DNA of 64,000 nucleotides, taken from assembly GCA_018649725.1 (NCBI GenBank), contig JABIHH010000087.1:18550-82549 (forward strand), written 5' to 3'. The notes under the pieces were generated by a model, which saw nothing but the letters and a program-made list of their open reading frames with translations, did no database searches and was not told the DNA's origin. This DNA is from Rhodospirillaceae bacterium (lineage in GTDB: Bacteria > Pseudomonadota > Alphaproteobacteria > Rhodospirillales > UBA2165). The position numbers were made by a program, and so were the translations under genes. Shown here in pieces: positions 28,291-37,860 of the stretch (position 1 is its first letter; each line of letters begins with the position of its first letter).

Positions 28291-29403
28291 TTATTCGCCA
28301 GCTGGTAAATCAGTACTTTCTTCTGAATTTTCTTCACCCTCATCCTCTTTATCCGATTCAGGTGGTGAGATCATGTCTTCGGCCAACAGGCCGGCATTCT
28401 CACGAATTTTGCGTTCGATCTCTTCTGCCATTTCAGGGTTTTCTTTGAGGAAATTTTTGACATTTTCCCGGCCCTGACCAATGCGCTGGCTGTCATAAGA
28501 GAACCAGGAACCTGATTTCTCGACAATTTCAGCGGTCACACCAAGATCGATCAACTCGCCCATCTTGGAAATACCTTCGCCATACATGATGTCGAATTCG
28601 ATGGTCTTAAATGGCGGCGCGACTTTGTTTTTGACGACTTTGACCCGGGTGTGGTTGCCAACGACGTCTTCTTTATCCTTGATCGCGCCGATGCGGCGAA
28701 TGTCGAGACGGACGGAAGAATAAAATTTAAGCGCATTACCGCCGGTCGTGGTTTCAGGACTACCGAACATCACACCAATCTTCATGCGAATTTGGTTGAT
28801 GAAGATGATCATAGTGTTGGATTTGGCAACCGACGAGGTCAGCTTGCGTAATGCCTGGCTCATCAAGCGGGCTTGCAGGCCGACATGATGATCACCCATC
28901 TCACCTTCGAGTTCGGCACGCGGCACGAGTGCGGCCACACTATCAATCACCAACACATCGATCGCGCTAGAGCGCACGAGCGTGTCGGCAATTTCCAAAG
29001 CCTGCTCACCGGCATCCGGCTGCGAGATCAGGAGTTCTTCAACGTTCACTCCGAGCTTTTTGGCATAGCCTGGATCAAGCGCATGCTCGGCATCGATGAA
29101 CGCGCACGTGCCACCGTTTTTCTGAGCTTCGGCAACCACATGCAAGGACAGCGTGGTTTTACCCGAGCTTTCTGGTCCGTAAATTTCAATAACCCGCCCC
29201 TGCGGTAAGCCACCAATACCGAGTGCGATATCGAGACCGAGCGAGCCGGTCGAAATGGCTTCAATATCCAGCGCATCTTGCTGGCCGAGTTTCATGATAG
29301 AGCCTTTGCCGAAATTGCGTTCAATCTGGCTTAGGGCCGCATCTAATGCTTTTTCCTTATCGATGTCTTTTTTCTCCACGAGACGAAGTGCTGGTTCTGC
29401 CAT
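28291..29403 (-). CDS. recA: Recombinase RecA
   Basis: [26 protein letters not shown] and an acidic C-terminal tail. Confidence 0.97.
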   Translation of the reverse strand: MAEPALRLVEKKDIDKEKALDAALSQIERNFGKGSIMKLGQQDALDIEAISTGSLGLDIALGIGGLPQGRVIEIYGPESSGKTTLSLHVVAEAQKNGGTCAFIDAEHALDPGYAKKLGVNVEELLISQPDAGEQALEIADTLVRSSAIDVLVIDSVAALVPRAELEGEMGDHHVGLQARLMSQALRKLTSSVAKSNTMIIFINQIRMKIGVMFGSPETTTGGNALKFYSSVRLDIRRIGAIKDKEDVVGNHTRVKVVKNKVAPPFKTIEFDIMYGEGISKMGELIDLGVTAEIVEKSGSWFSYDSQRIGQGRENVKNFLKENPEMAEEIERKIRENAGLLAEDMISPPESDKEDEGEENSEESTDLPAGE

Positions 29404-29455
29404 TTTAAGTCCCCCTCCTTATTCCATAGGGTTATGATTCGTGCAACTGAGAGAA

Positions 29456-29483
29456 TTTGTACTCATTTTGTTCTTATGCGCAA
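29456..29483 (-). promoter_or_regulatory. Candidate recA promoter
   Basis: On the minus strand: TTGCGC (29483-29478), 16-nt spacer, TACAAA (29461-29456). It overlaps the proximal SOS-box-like repeat. Confidence 0.4.
29459..29473. promoter_or_regulatory. Imperfect alphaproteobacterial SOS (LexA) box, GTAC-N7-GTTC
   Basis: One mismatch to GTTC-N7-GTTC. Located 56-70 nt upstream of the recA ATG. Confidence 0.4.
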
Positions 29484-29527
29484 GTGTTTTTTATAAGCTA
29501 TTGTAACATAACGGTAAAACAACCTGT

Positions 29528-29542
29528 GTTCTAAATACGTTC
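29528..29542. promoter_or_regulatory. Alphaproteobacterial SOS (LexA) box, GTTC-N7-GTTC
   Basis: Exact GTTCtaaatacGTTC, 125-139 nt upstream of the recA ATG. Confidence 0.6.
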
Positions 29543-29663
29543 ACGCCAAAATGTGGCCAAATTCGCGAATTTGAGATCAGACCCGTCAATGTTAATTCGG
29601 CCAATCTGATTCTCGTTCAAGCTGGTTATGGCGGGACCAGAGGGTGTTTTTCGCTGTCGAGAC

Positions 29664-29694
29664 AAAAAAAGGGCGTGCCCAAAGACACGCCCTT
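29664..29694 (-). terminator. Intrinsic terminator after the solute-binding-protein gene
   Basis: Minus-strand RNA forms AAGGGCGUG-7 nt-CACGCCCUU followed by UUUUUUG. Confidence 0.7.
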
Positions 29695-29719
29695 AATTCT
29701 TTAGAGTGTAAGGTTGATC

Positions 29720-30904
29720 TTAGCGCTTACAGTCTTTGTAGTTATAGGCGCGGGAATTTTTCAAAACCGTGCCGCGGGACACGAGGGTCCATTTACCGTC
29801 GCTACCCGCCACAACTTCACGAGCAACGAAGTCCTGAATTGGGAAGTGTTCCTTGCCATATTTGAACGTACCACGGAGTGCTTTAAAGTCAGCCTTCTCA
29901 AGCGCAGCCCGCATTTTGTCCATTTTGGATACGTCACCATTAACCGCATCAACGCCGGATTTGATCAGCATGATGGTCTCATAGGCTTGTGAGGCGAAGG
30001 TGTTTGGCATCATTTTGTACTTCTTTTTGAAGTCCCTCACGAATTTTTTATTGTGCGGGGTATCAAAATCTGGCGACCATTGAGCCGTCTGCAGGGTATT
30101 CACAACGTTTAAGCCATTTTTCTGGAAGATCGGCAGATTGCCCATATCAACTGAAAAGACGTGATAGAGTGGCGTCGTTTTATTTAAGCCAGCTTGGTTA
30201 TATTGGCCAAAGAATTTAGGCCCCCAGGACCCCGGATAAAAAGCGATAACCGCATCCGGCTTAGCTGCTTTAATCTTGGTGAGCTCAGCAGACCAATCTT
30301 TATGGCTCATTGGCACGAAGTCTTTACCAACAACATTGCCTTTATAGGTCCGCTCAATACCACCAACAACCTGCTTACCAGCCGCATAGTTGAGCGACAG
30401 GATATAAAGCTTCTTCACGCCCTTTTGGTTGAGTAGTTCACCGGTGGCCGAAGCGTTCTGACTATTTTCCCAGGAAACATTGAAATAATTTTTGTGACAT
30501 TTTTTACCAGAATAAATTGAATGCCCGGCATTTGAGACAAAGAGGAATTTATTGGCCTTCAAAACAACCGGAGCCGAAGCGCCCAAAACGTGTGACCAAA
30601 TATAGCCGGCCATCATGTCGACTTTATCTTTTTTGATCAGTTTTTCGGTTTTTTGCTTACCAATTTTCGGATTAAAGCCGTCATCCTCAAACAGGATTTT
30701 GACGTTCTTACCACCCATTTTGTGGCCGATATGATCCATCGCCAATTCGGCGCCCGCCTTCATCTGCTTGCCGATTAAAGCTGCCGGTGTCGTCAGTGTG
30801 GTGATGAAACCGATGGTGAGGTCTTTGGCCTGGACGGGTGAAACAGAAGCCATCATGGCAGCCGCCACCGTCAATCCCAAGATTTTGGGTATTACTCTAG
30901 TCAT
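29720..30904 (-). CDS. ABC-transporter periplasmic solute-binding protein (LivJ/Peripla_BP_6 type), orphan
   Basis: 394 aa with a signal peptide (AAAMMASVSPVQA) and the type I PBP pattern. No permease or ATPase genes are adjacent. Confidence 0.85.
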   Translation of the reverse strand: MTRVIPKILGLTVAAAMMASVSPVQAKDLTIGFITTLTTPAALIGKQMKAGAELAMDHIGHKMGGKNVKILFEDDGFNPKIGKQKTEKLIKKDKVDMMAGYIWSHVLGASAPVVLKANKFLFVSNAGHSIYSGKKCHKNYFNVSWENSQNASATGELLNQKGVKKLYILSLNYAAGKQVVGGIERTYKGNVVGKDFVPMSHKDWSAELTKIKAAKPDAVIAFYPGSWGPKFFGQYNQAGLNKTTPLYHVFSVDMGNLPIFQKNGLNVVNTLQTAQWSPDFDTPHNKKFVRDFKKKYKMMPNTFASQAYETIMLIKSGVDAVNGDVSKMDKMRAALEKADFKALRGTFKYGKEHFPIQDFVAREVVAGSDGKWTLVSRGTVLKNSRAYNYKDCKR

Positions 30905-31098
30905 TAATCATACTCCCTGTGTGAAAATACTACTTTGGTTACATTAGTTTTTTATACTGTTTGGAAACCTAACAATATTTTTATGGATTCCAAAGTTATA
31001 ATTTCACTCTTTAGAAAATAAATTGTCTTAGCAGGTTATTGTGCCCAATATCTTTGCCCTATAAAGTCCGAGACAATTATCAAAGGAGCCTTTTTTAT

Positions 31099-32499
31099 AT
31101 GCCTGACCAATCCTTTCGCACCATGCTGGCTAATCTTGAGCAGCAAGGTGAGCTTATCCGTTTCACCAAAGAAGTAGATCCGCTAACAGACATGGCGGCC
31201 GTTGAGTGGAAGGCCTTTAACGAACTCGGCAAGGCAAGCCTGTTCACCAACATCAAAGACCATGGCAAGTGGCAAGCCTGCAGTCAGATTGTCGGCGACC
31301 GGCGCAAATGGGCGGTTGGCCTAAATATTGACGAAAATGATCTGCTGGACCAAATGGGTGGGCGTATTCAAAATCCGATCGCCGCAGAATTAACCTCAGA
31401 TGCAGCGCCGGTAAAAGATATCATCAAGACCGGCGACGATATTGATCTCTATGATTTTCCAACCATGATGACCTCAGAGAAAGATGGCGGGCGTTATTTC
31501 GCGTCGGGCATAGCCGTCATCAAAGATCCCGATACCGGCATCCGCAATATCTCGATCCATCGCCAAATGGTCACCGGCAAGGACAAGACCGGATTTATCA
31601 TGATTCCTCGCCAAGCCCGTCAAATCTATGAAAAATATTGTGCCCGCGGTGAGGCGATGCCGGTCGCTATGGTTTATGGCACCCATCCGGCAATCTTTTT
31701 TGCCGCCAGCTTCACAACCACCTTCGGCAATGATGAGCTTGGTCTGGCTGGTGCACTGATGGAAGAGCCGGTGCGCCTGGTTAAATGTGAAAGCATCGAT
31801 CTTGAGGTTCCGGCAGAGGCGGAGATCGTCATCGAAGGCGAAGTGCTGCCAAATGTGTTGGAGCCCGAAGGACCGTTCGGTGAAGTGACTGGCACCTATG
31901 CGGGCGGCTCTGATTCCGAAGTCTTTCAAGTGAAAGCCATCACGCAGCGTAAAGATCCAATTTTCTATGCACTGCATTGTGGCTTCCCCGTCACCGATGC
32001 GCAATCGACCATGGGTATCGGCATTGAAGTCGCAACCAAGCGCCATCTAAGCGATGTTGAAGGCGGCATGAATTTGCTTGATGTCCGGGCGGTGACCGAG
32101 GCCGGTGATATGATGCTGATCATCAAATTGCGGCCCAAGCATCCAGGCCAGGTTAAAACTGCCCTGATGGCAGCGCTCTCCGGCCCCTATCTCCATCCGA
32201 AGCTCGCCATAGCCGTCGACGAAGACATCGATGCTAACGACCTCCGCCAAGTCGCTTGGTCGATGACGACGCGCGTTCATGCCGAGCGCGATGTTACGAT
32301 GATCCCTGAAACCCGTGTCTTCTCACTCGACAACATCTCCCCCACCGCCCCCGGTATGGGCAGCTTCGCCCGCGTCGGTACTAAATGGCTGATCGACGCC
32401 ACCATCCCGGCGCATTTATCAGAAGCCGAGCGCTATAATTTCGAGCCGGCCTTTCCGAAGAATTTTGAGAATGTGAATTTGAAAGATTATTTGCCTTAG
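31099..32499 (+). CDS. UbiD-family (prFMN-dependent) decarboxylase
   Basis: FRTMLANLEQQGELIRFTKEVDP..., about 466 aa. ATG 31099 is preceded by AAAGGAG. The ORF-track extension was rejected. Confidence 0.88.
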   Translation: MPDQSFRTMLANLEQQGELIRFTKEVDPLTDMAAVEWKAFNELGKASLFTNIKDHGKWQACSQIVGDRRKWAVGLNIDENDLLDQMGGRIQNPIAAELTSDAAPVKDIIKTGDDIDLYDFPTMMTSEKDGGRYFASGIAVIKDPDTGIRNISIHRQMVTGKDKTGFIMIPRQARQIYEKYCARGEAMPVAMVYGTHPAIFFAASFTTTFGNDELGLAGALMEEPVRLVKCESIDLEVPAEAEIVIEGEVLPNVLEPEGPFGEVTGTYAGGSDSEVFQVKAITQRKDPIFYALHCGFPVTDAQSTMGIGIEVATKRHLSDVEGGMNLLDVRAVTEAGDMMLIIKLRPKHPGQVKTALMAALSGPYLHPKLAIAVDEDIDANDLRQVAWSMTTRVHAERDVTMIPETRVFSLDNISPTAPGMGSFARVGTKWLIDATIPAHLSEAERYNFEPAFPKNFENVNLKDYLP

Positions 32500-32543
32500 G
32501 TGGAATCGTACAGAGAACCCACCCCGCCAACACGTCTTTCACT

Positions 32544-32557
32544 TTGATAAGCGTCAA
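32544..32557. promoter_or_regulatory. FNR/FixK-type box TTGAT-N4-GTCAA
   Basis: TTGATaagcGTCAA. A TACTTT hexamer starts 29.5 nt from the box centre (32580-32585), which is class II geometry. It is upstream of the SHOCT gene. Confidence 0.45.
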
Positions 32558-32615
32558 TGTCCGTTAGATTAATAAGTGATACTTTGCTGGTCGACTTTAA
32601 GTGAGGAGAGCGAAC

Positions 32616-32942
32616 ATGAAAATCCGATTTTTTCCTATTCAATTAGTTGGTTTCCTGGGTCTCTTGATATCCACCAATGCCTGGGCTGTTGGCTATGGCA
32701 GAGGCGAATGGAGTGGACATATGTGGGGACCCGGTATGATATTTGGTCCACTGATGATGATAGGTTTTATTGTCCTAATTATTTATCTGATCGTGCTATT
32801 CACCCGGCGGATAACTGGCTCTTCTCCTGGGCATTCAGGCCCAGCCCATCAATCAGCCCAAGACATATTGAGCGAGCGATTTGCCAAGGGTGAAATCGAC
32901 AAAGACGAGTATCTTGAGCGAAAGCAGGTACTCTCTTCCTAA
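32616..32942 (+). CDS. SHOCT-domain membrane protein
   Basis: Signal/TM segments followed by a C-terminal ILSERFAKGEIDKDEYLERKQVL (SHOCT). ATG 32616 is preceded by GAGGAG. Confidence 0.7.
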   Translation: MKIRFFPIQLVGFLGLLISTNAWAVGYGRGEWSGHMWGPGMIFGPLMMIGFIVLIIYLIVLFTRRITGSSPGHSGPAHQSAQDILSERFAKGEIDKDEYLERKQVLSS

Positions 32943-32973
32943 GAATTCAAGTTAGGTCGTGATGCCCCAAGCT

Positions 32974-35481
32974 TTATCCTGCCAGTACGTCCTTCACCTT
33001 GACGGCAAGTTCCTGGAGGCTGAACGGTTTGGGCAGGAAGTTGATCGAGCTGTCTTCGCTGATTTCGCCCGGGATCGCATCTTCGGCATAGCCCGACATC
33101 AGGATCACTTTCATATCAGGCAGCTCTTCAAGGATCAGGCGCACCAGAGTGTGGCCATCCATACCGGGCATCATGACATCGGTTAAGATGAGATCGATCG
33201 GGTCACCAAATTCATTGATAACATCAAGCGCGTGTTCGCCGTCATTGGCTTCCAATACCCGGTAGCCTTTGTTTCTAAGTGCCCGCGCGCCAAATAGCCG
33301 GACCGCGTCTTCATCTTCAACCAGCAAAACAGTCCCGGCGCCGGTCAGATCAGCTTCATCGATAATTTCATTGGCATAGCCGTGGCTGACGAACTCTGCC
33401 TCAGCCGCGCTAAAGGCCGGCAGATAAATCGAGAATGTTGTGCCTTCGCCAAGGGCCGAATCGACAAATATATAGCCCTCAGATTGGCGAATGATACCAT
33501 AGACGGTCGAAAGCCCGAGCCCGGTTCCTTCGCCGACGCCCTTGGTCGAGAAGAACGGCTCAAAGATGCGTCCGATGTCTTCTTTGGCAATGCCCGACCC
33601 GGTATCTACAACATTGATCAATATATACTCACCCGCCGGCATCACTTCATGACCGCGCTGAATGGACGTCTCAACCGTCACCCGCTCGGTCGAGACATTG
33701 ATCACGCCACCGCCCGGCATCGCATCCCGGGCATTGACCGCAAGATTGATTACAACTTGATCAAACTGGCCGGGATCGGTCCGGATGAGATCAACGTCCT
33801 CGCCGTGATTGAGCTCGAGCTCGATATTCTCACCAATCAAGCGCCGGAGCAGATTGGAGAGATCATTGAGCGCATCGGTGATGGCAAAGACTTTTGGCTG
33901 TAGGGTTTGTCGCCTCGAGAATGCCAAGAGCTGCCGAACCAGATTTCCAGCCCGATTGGTGTTCTGTTTGATCTGCATGATATCGGCGAAAGACGGATCA
34001 TCGGGCCCATGGCGATCCAGCAACAGATCACAAAAGCCCCCCATCGCGGTCAATAGATTGTTGAAATCATGCGCCACACCACCGGCTAATTGTCCGACGG
34101 CCTGCATTTTTTGCGCTTGGTTAAACTGAACTTCGAGGTTTTTTTGCTCGGTTGTATCAATCACGTGCATGACGAGGCCGGTGACATCGCCTTCATCATC
34201 GGTGATGCGGCTGACATAAAGCGACGCCGTCAGCTCGCGCTCCCCACCGGCCGGCATTCTGACATCCAACAAGGTTGCTGGCATGATACCCATAACGACT
34301 TTGGAGAGCTGTGCATCGGCATCGCTGCGATCTTCTTTATTGATCCGTTCAGATAGAGGCCGGGCAACGACACCATCCCGGTGCAGTCCCAAAAGCTTGA
34401 GGAAGGCGCGGTTGCAATCGACGACCTCGCCTTGTAGATCGAGCATGACGATACCTACCGGCGCATCGGAAAACAGCCAGGGCAGGCGCCGCAGCAAAGC
34501 ACCGCCCGTACCATCATCGACGACAGGCGTAAAAGGCTCACGCAGCACGATCGAGCGGCTATATTCGAAATGACCGGCGGTTGTTTCTTTTTGCGACTGG
34601 ATAAGATAGGCCGGAAAATCACGGCCTTCTGTTGTCCTGAGGACAAGGCCGCCATGCATGCCGCTGGCGTCGGTTTCCACCGTTTCTTCAGTATTCGCCT
34701 CAGGTGATACAAATTCAATGAAGCCTGGAAGCTCGCTGACATTTCTATCCTGCCTCACACCGAGCCAGTCTCTCATAACAGCGTTTAGATAGCGCAAATT
34801 GCCGTTTTCATCGGCCGAGAAAAAGCCGACCGGCAATTGGTCCAGCAAATCGCCCATAAATTGCTCTTCGTGCAAACGCTCAACGTCATGGGAGCGCTTT
34901 GACGTGACATCCTCCACCCGCCAAAGCGCCAAATCTCTCAACGCCTCAACCGGCTCGACCGCCAATCTCCAGGAATGAACGACGGGGCCCACCGGCTCGA
35001 AAACCAATTCTCCCTCATCGCGCTGACCTTCCCCGCAATTGGCATATATGCGCGCAAACACGGCTTCTGAATTTGCATCAAGTAATTTCTCAATGCCTTC
35101 AATACTCGCTGGACCAATTAGTTTTTGCGGCTCCACTTTTTCATAGCACAGGCGAAATGCTTCATTGTCAAAGATGATGCGTTGGCGGGCATCGGTCAGG
35201 AACAAAGCTTCTTGTGAAGCGGCCAGGGTTTCAAACAAAGAAGCTCGGGCCCGCCGGCGTTCCGCTGCCCGGCCAAATTTCCACGCCGTGAGTATCGAAA
35301 ATAGGAGAGTCAAAAGTGCAAAGACACCGCCCGAAACTTCGAAACCGGCTTCGGCGTCAGTCGAGTTATCAGACGATCCTAAGCCCGGAATAAGCAAAGC
35401 CAGGGCCACGGCACCAAACACAACTGCCAACACCAAATTGAAAGAAGGCGAAAGCAGGAGAGCCCACCCACCGCGAGCCAT
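32974..35481 (-). CDS. Hybrid sensor histidine kinase/response regulator, CckA-like (2 TM, PAS repeats, HisKA, HATPase, REC)
   Basis: H-box QLAGGVAHDFNNLLTAMGGF, N/G boxes, and a REC with TDVMMPGMDG and KVILMSGYAEDA...INFLPKPFSLQELAVKVKDVL. The first ATG is at 35481; the ORF-track start 35568 is TTG. Confidence 0.8.
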   Translation of the reverse strand: MARGGWALLLSPSFNLVLAVVFGAVALALLIPGLGSSDNSTDAEAGFEVSGGVFALLTLLFSILTAWKFGRAAERRRARASLFETLAASQEALFLTDARQRIIFDNEAFRLCYEKVEPQKLIGPASIEGIEKLLDANSEAVFARIYANCGEGQRDEGELVFEPVGPVVHSWRLAVEPVEALRDLALWRVEDVTSKRSHDVERLHEEQFMGDLLDQLPVGFFSADENGNLRYLNAVMRDWLGVRQDRNVSELPGFIEFVSPEANTEETVETDASGMHGGLVLRTTEGRDFPAYLIQSQKETTAGHFEYSRSIVLREPFTPVVDDGTGGALLRRLPWLFSDAPVGIVMLDLQGEVVDCNRAFLKLLGLHRDGVVARPLSERINKEDRSDADAQLSKVVMGIMPATLLDVRMPAGGERELTASLYVSRITDDEGDVTGLVMHVIDTTEQKNLEVQFNQAQKMQAVGQLAGGVAHDFNNLLTAMGGFCDLLLDRHGPDDPSFADIMQIKQNTNRAGNLVRQLLAFSRRQTLQPKVFAITDALNDLSNLLRRLIGENIELELNHGEDVDLIRTDPGQFDQVVINLAVNARDAMPGGGVINVSTERVTVETSIQRGHEVMPAGEYILINVVDTGSGIAKEDIGRIFEPFFSTKGVGEGTGLGLSTVYGIIRQSEGYIFVDSALGEGTTFSIYLPAFSAAEAEFVSHGYANEIIDEADLTGAGTVLLVEDEDAVRLFGARALRNKGYRVLEANDGEHALDVINEFGDPIDLILTDVMMPGMDGHTLVRLILEELPDMKVILMSGYAEDAIPGEISEDSSINFLPKPFSLQELAVKVKDVLAG

Positions 35482-35624
35482 TTTGGCGATTAATTCGCTA
35501 ACTTTGGTGTATGTTAGTTTCAATACGCCCTCGTCACACCAACTCAATATAAATGGATTTAAATCCAATTTTCTTCAGGCATTCATTGCGCGATTCGGCC
35601 CTGATCAGCAACCTTCTATTTTAT

Positions 35625-36797
35625 TTAATTTAAGATCGGGCCTGCCTTATCTTCATTCTCTTGGTTTTGCGCATCGCCCGCTTGATCTGCTGCCTGTTTG
35701 GCCGCCTGATCAGCCGCCGCCTGATCCATTTGCGCCATTTTACCCTTAAGACGGAAGACATAGCCAATAACTTCGGCAACTGCATGAAAATGCTCGGCCG
35801 GGATTTCTTCATCAATCTCAACACCGGCATAAAGTGCTCGTGCCAGAGGTGGGTTTTCAACAATTGGAATATCGTTTTCCTCGGCGACTTCACGAATGCG
35901 CCGGGCGAGATCATCGACACCTTTACCGACCAATACTGGCGCCGGCATGGTATCCATATCGTATTTTAGTGCGATGGCGTAATGCGTTGGGTTGGTAATA
36001 ATCACATCGGCTTTGCCAATGGCCTGCATCATACGTTCGCGCTGACGCTCCATACGCAAGGCTGCCATACGCTGTTTGATCTTGGGGTCACCGTCTTGTT
36101 GTTTGCGCTCATCTTTGACCTCTTGCTTGGTCATTTTGAGTTTTTCGGTGTGATCCCATTTTTGGTAAGCAAAATCAATCGCTGCAATCACGGTCATGAT
36201 CATGACCGTGACAACCAGCATAACCAGGGCAATTTTTTTGACGCGATCGAGCGTGTGCAGCAAATCAAAGGCCGGCAACAATTCGACATCGTTCAACATG
36301 GGGGCGACGAGAAAAAACACCACTGTGCCGACGATACCAAGTTTAACGATACCTTTGAATGCCTCGACCAACGGACGAACACCAAAAAATTTCTTAATAC
36401 CCTTATGTGGCGAGAATTTACTTAAACTGATTTGGAATTTTTCTGCTGAAACCGTCCAGCCGACTTGCAAAATCTGCATCGCCACGCCGACAGCGAGAAA
36501 GGTTAGCATGAGGGGTAGAATGACGATACCAATATCGAGGATCACTTCTTTAAATAGGTTTTGAAAATCCTCGGGCGACACCGAAAACGCGTGCGCTTTT
36601 TCAATAAAGTTACGATTTACCTTCGCGACATGTGCCATAATTGATGGGATAACCGACCCGATCAAAAGCGTAATTGTAAGCAAAATAGCCCAGCTTTGAA
36701 TCTCCTGAGATTGCGCCACCTGACCTTTGCCCTTGGCATCAGTGAGCCGTTTTCCGGTGGGTTCTTCGGATTTTTCGCCATCTGAATCGTCGGCCAT
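35625..36797 (-). CDS. flhB: Flagellar export apparatus protein FlhB
   Basis: SEEPTGKRLTDAKGKGQVAQSQE, VITNPTHYAIALKY (NPTH autocleavage site), and a Gln/Ala-rich C-terminal extension. Confidence 0.93.
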   Translation of the reverse strand: MADDSDGEKSEEPTGKRLTDAKGKGQVAQSQEIQSWAILLTITLLIGSVIPSIMAHVAKVNRNFIEKAHAFSVSPEDFQNLFKEVILDIGIVILPLMLTFLAVGVAMQILQVGWTVSAEKFQISLSKFSPHKGIKKFFGVRPLVEAFKGIVKLGIVGTVVFFLVAPMLNDVELLPAFDLLHTLDRVKKIALVMLVVTVMIMTVIAAIDFAYQKWDHTEKLKMTKQEVKDERKQQDGDPKIKQRMAALRMERQRERMMQAIGKADVIITNPTHYAIALKYDMDTMPAPVLVGKGVDDLARRIREVAEENDIPIVENPPLARALYAGVEIDEEIPAEHFHAVAEVIGYVFRLKGKMAQMDQAAADQAAKQAADQAGDAQNQENEDKAGPILN

Positions 36798-36812
36798 AGC
36801 TCTCTCCTTTCC

Positions 36813-37574
36813 CTAAGACCCGACGAATGGCTGCAGGTTCTCTTGCACGTGACGCATGAAAACAACCATTATTCCGCCAAAAGATAAAGCCAGCACCACG
36901 ATCGAAATCACGATCTGCAAAGGCATGGCCACGAAAAATATAGGTATTTGCGGGGCCAACCGCGTCAACACGCCGAGCCCCATATAATAGGCGAGCGAGA
37001 CGACCAGGAACGGCGAGGCCAGCTGAACACCAAGCGCAAACGTGTCGGCAATTTGACGCGCCAACATATGAACCATATCGCCAATATTTGGTGCAACCCC
37101 TGGCTGGAAAAGCGTATAACTCTCGACCATCGCCTCAATAAGTAGGTGATGCATGTTGGTAACAAATAACAGCAAGGTCGCGACGGTTCCCATAAAGCCG
37201 GCAACGACCGCACTCTGCTGTTCAACCACCGGATCATAGACCATGGTATTGGCCATCGCAGACACAAAAGAAATCACCGTTCCAGCCGTCTGTGTCGCCG
37301 CAAACATGGCGCGCACAATTAAGCCTAAAAAGGCTCCCGCCAGTATCTCACCCATTATGATGAGCCCCAAACCAACTGGTGTTTGGGGCATTGCCGGCAA
37401 AACATCTACTAATATGGGCGTTAGGATAAAAGAGATCGCCAAAGCCAGAAACAACCGGCTTCTGGCAAAGATACGGGTACTGCCGAGCCCTGGAATAAAC
37501 ATCAAAACTGTGCCGATCCGGGCGAAGATAAGAATGAACACGAAGGCATTGAGCTCGAGAAATTCCTCCAGCAT
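36813..37574 (-). CDS. fliR: Flagellar export apparatus protein FliR
   Basis: 253-aa polytopic protein located between fliQ and flhB. Confidence 0.9.
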   Translation of the reverse strand: MLEEFLELNAFVFILIFARIGTVLMFIPGLGSTRIFARSRLFLALAISFILTPILVDVLPAMPQTPVGLGLIIMGEILAGAFLGLIVRAMFAATQTAGTVISFVSAMANTMVYDPVVEQQSAVVAGFMGTVATLLLFVTNMHHLLIEAMVESYTLFQPGVAPNIGDMVHMLARQIADTFALGVQLASPFLVVSLAYYMGLGVLTRLAPQIPIFFVAMPLQIVISIVVLALSFGGIMVVFMRHVQENLQPFVGS

Positions 37575-37578
37575 GGCG

Positions 37579-37845
37579 CTAACTCAACGCCCCGATGCGA
37601 TCATAGAGCGATCTGGTAAACTCCAAGATGGCGGTAATCATAAAAGGCATAAAAACGATAACCGCGCCAAAAATAATAATAATTTTCGGCACGAATGTAA
37701 GGGTCATTTCCTGAATGGAGGTCAGGGTCTGAAACACGGCGATAATCAGGCCAACGATAAGTCCGGCCGCCATAATTGGTCCGCCAGTTTTCAATATGAC
37801 GATGAAGACCTCGCGTGATACTTCCAGGACTGCGGTTTGATCCAT
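37579..37845 (-). CDS. fliQ: Flagellar export apparatus protein FliQ
   Basis: 88 aa, with AVFQTLTSIQEMTLTFVPKI. Confidence 0.9.
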   Translation of the reverse strand: MDQTAVLEVSREVFIVILKTGGPIMAAGLIVGLIIAVFQTLTSIQEMTLTFVPKIIIIFGAVIVFMPFMITAILEFTRSLYDRIGALS

Positions 37846-37860
37846 TAGGCGCGCCTGCCT

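Noticed and set aside
31474-32046. 190-aa minus-strand ORF, and analogous ORFs at 44362-44874, 16796-17299, 14860-15309, 11283-11759 and 3809-4303
   Set aside because: Each lies antisense within a confidently identified gene (ubiD-family, pyc, pepF, ABC1 kinase, pntAB/pntAA, pfk).
35165-35749. 194-aa plus-strand ORF, and similar ORFs at 35982-36425, 36196-36564 and 37243-37818
   Set aside because: They are antisense to the hybrid kinase, flhB, fliR and fliQ genes, with no motifs. They are shadow ORFs.
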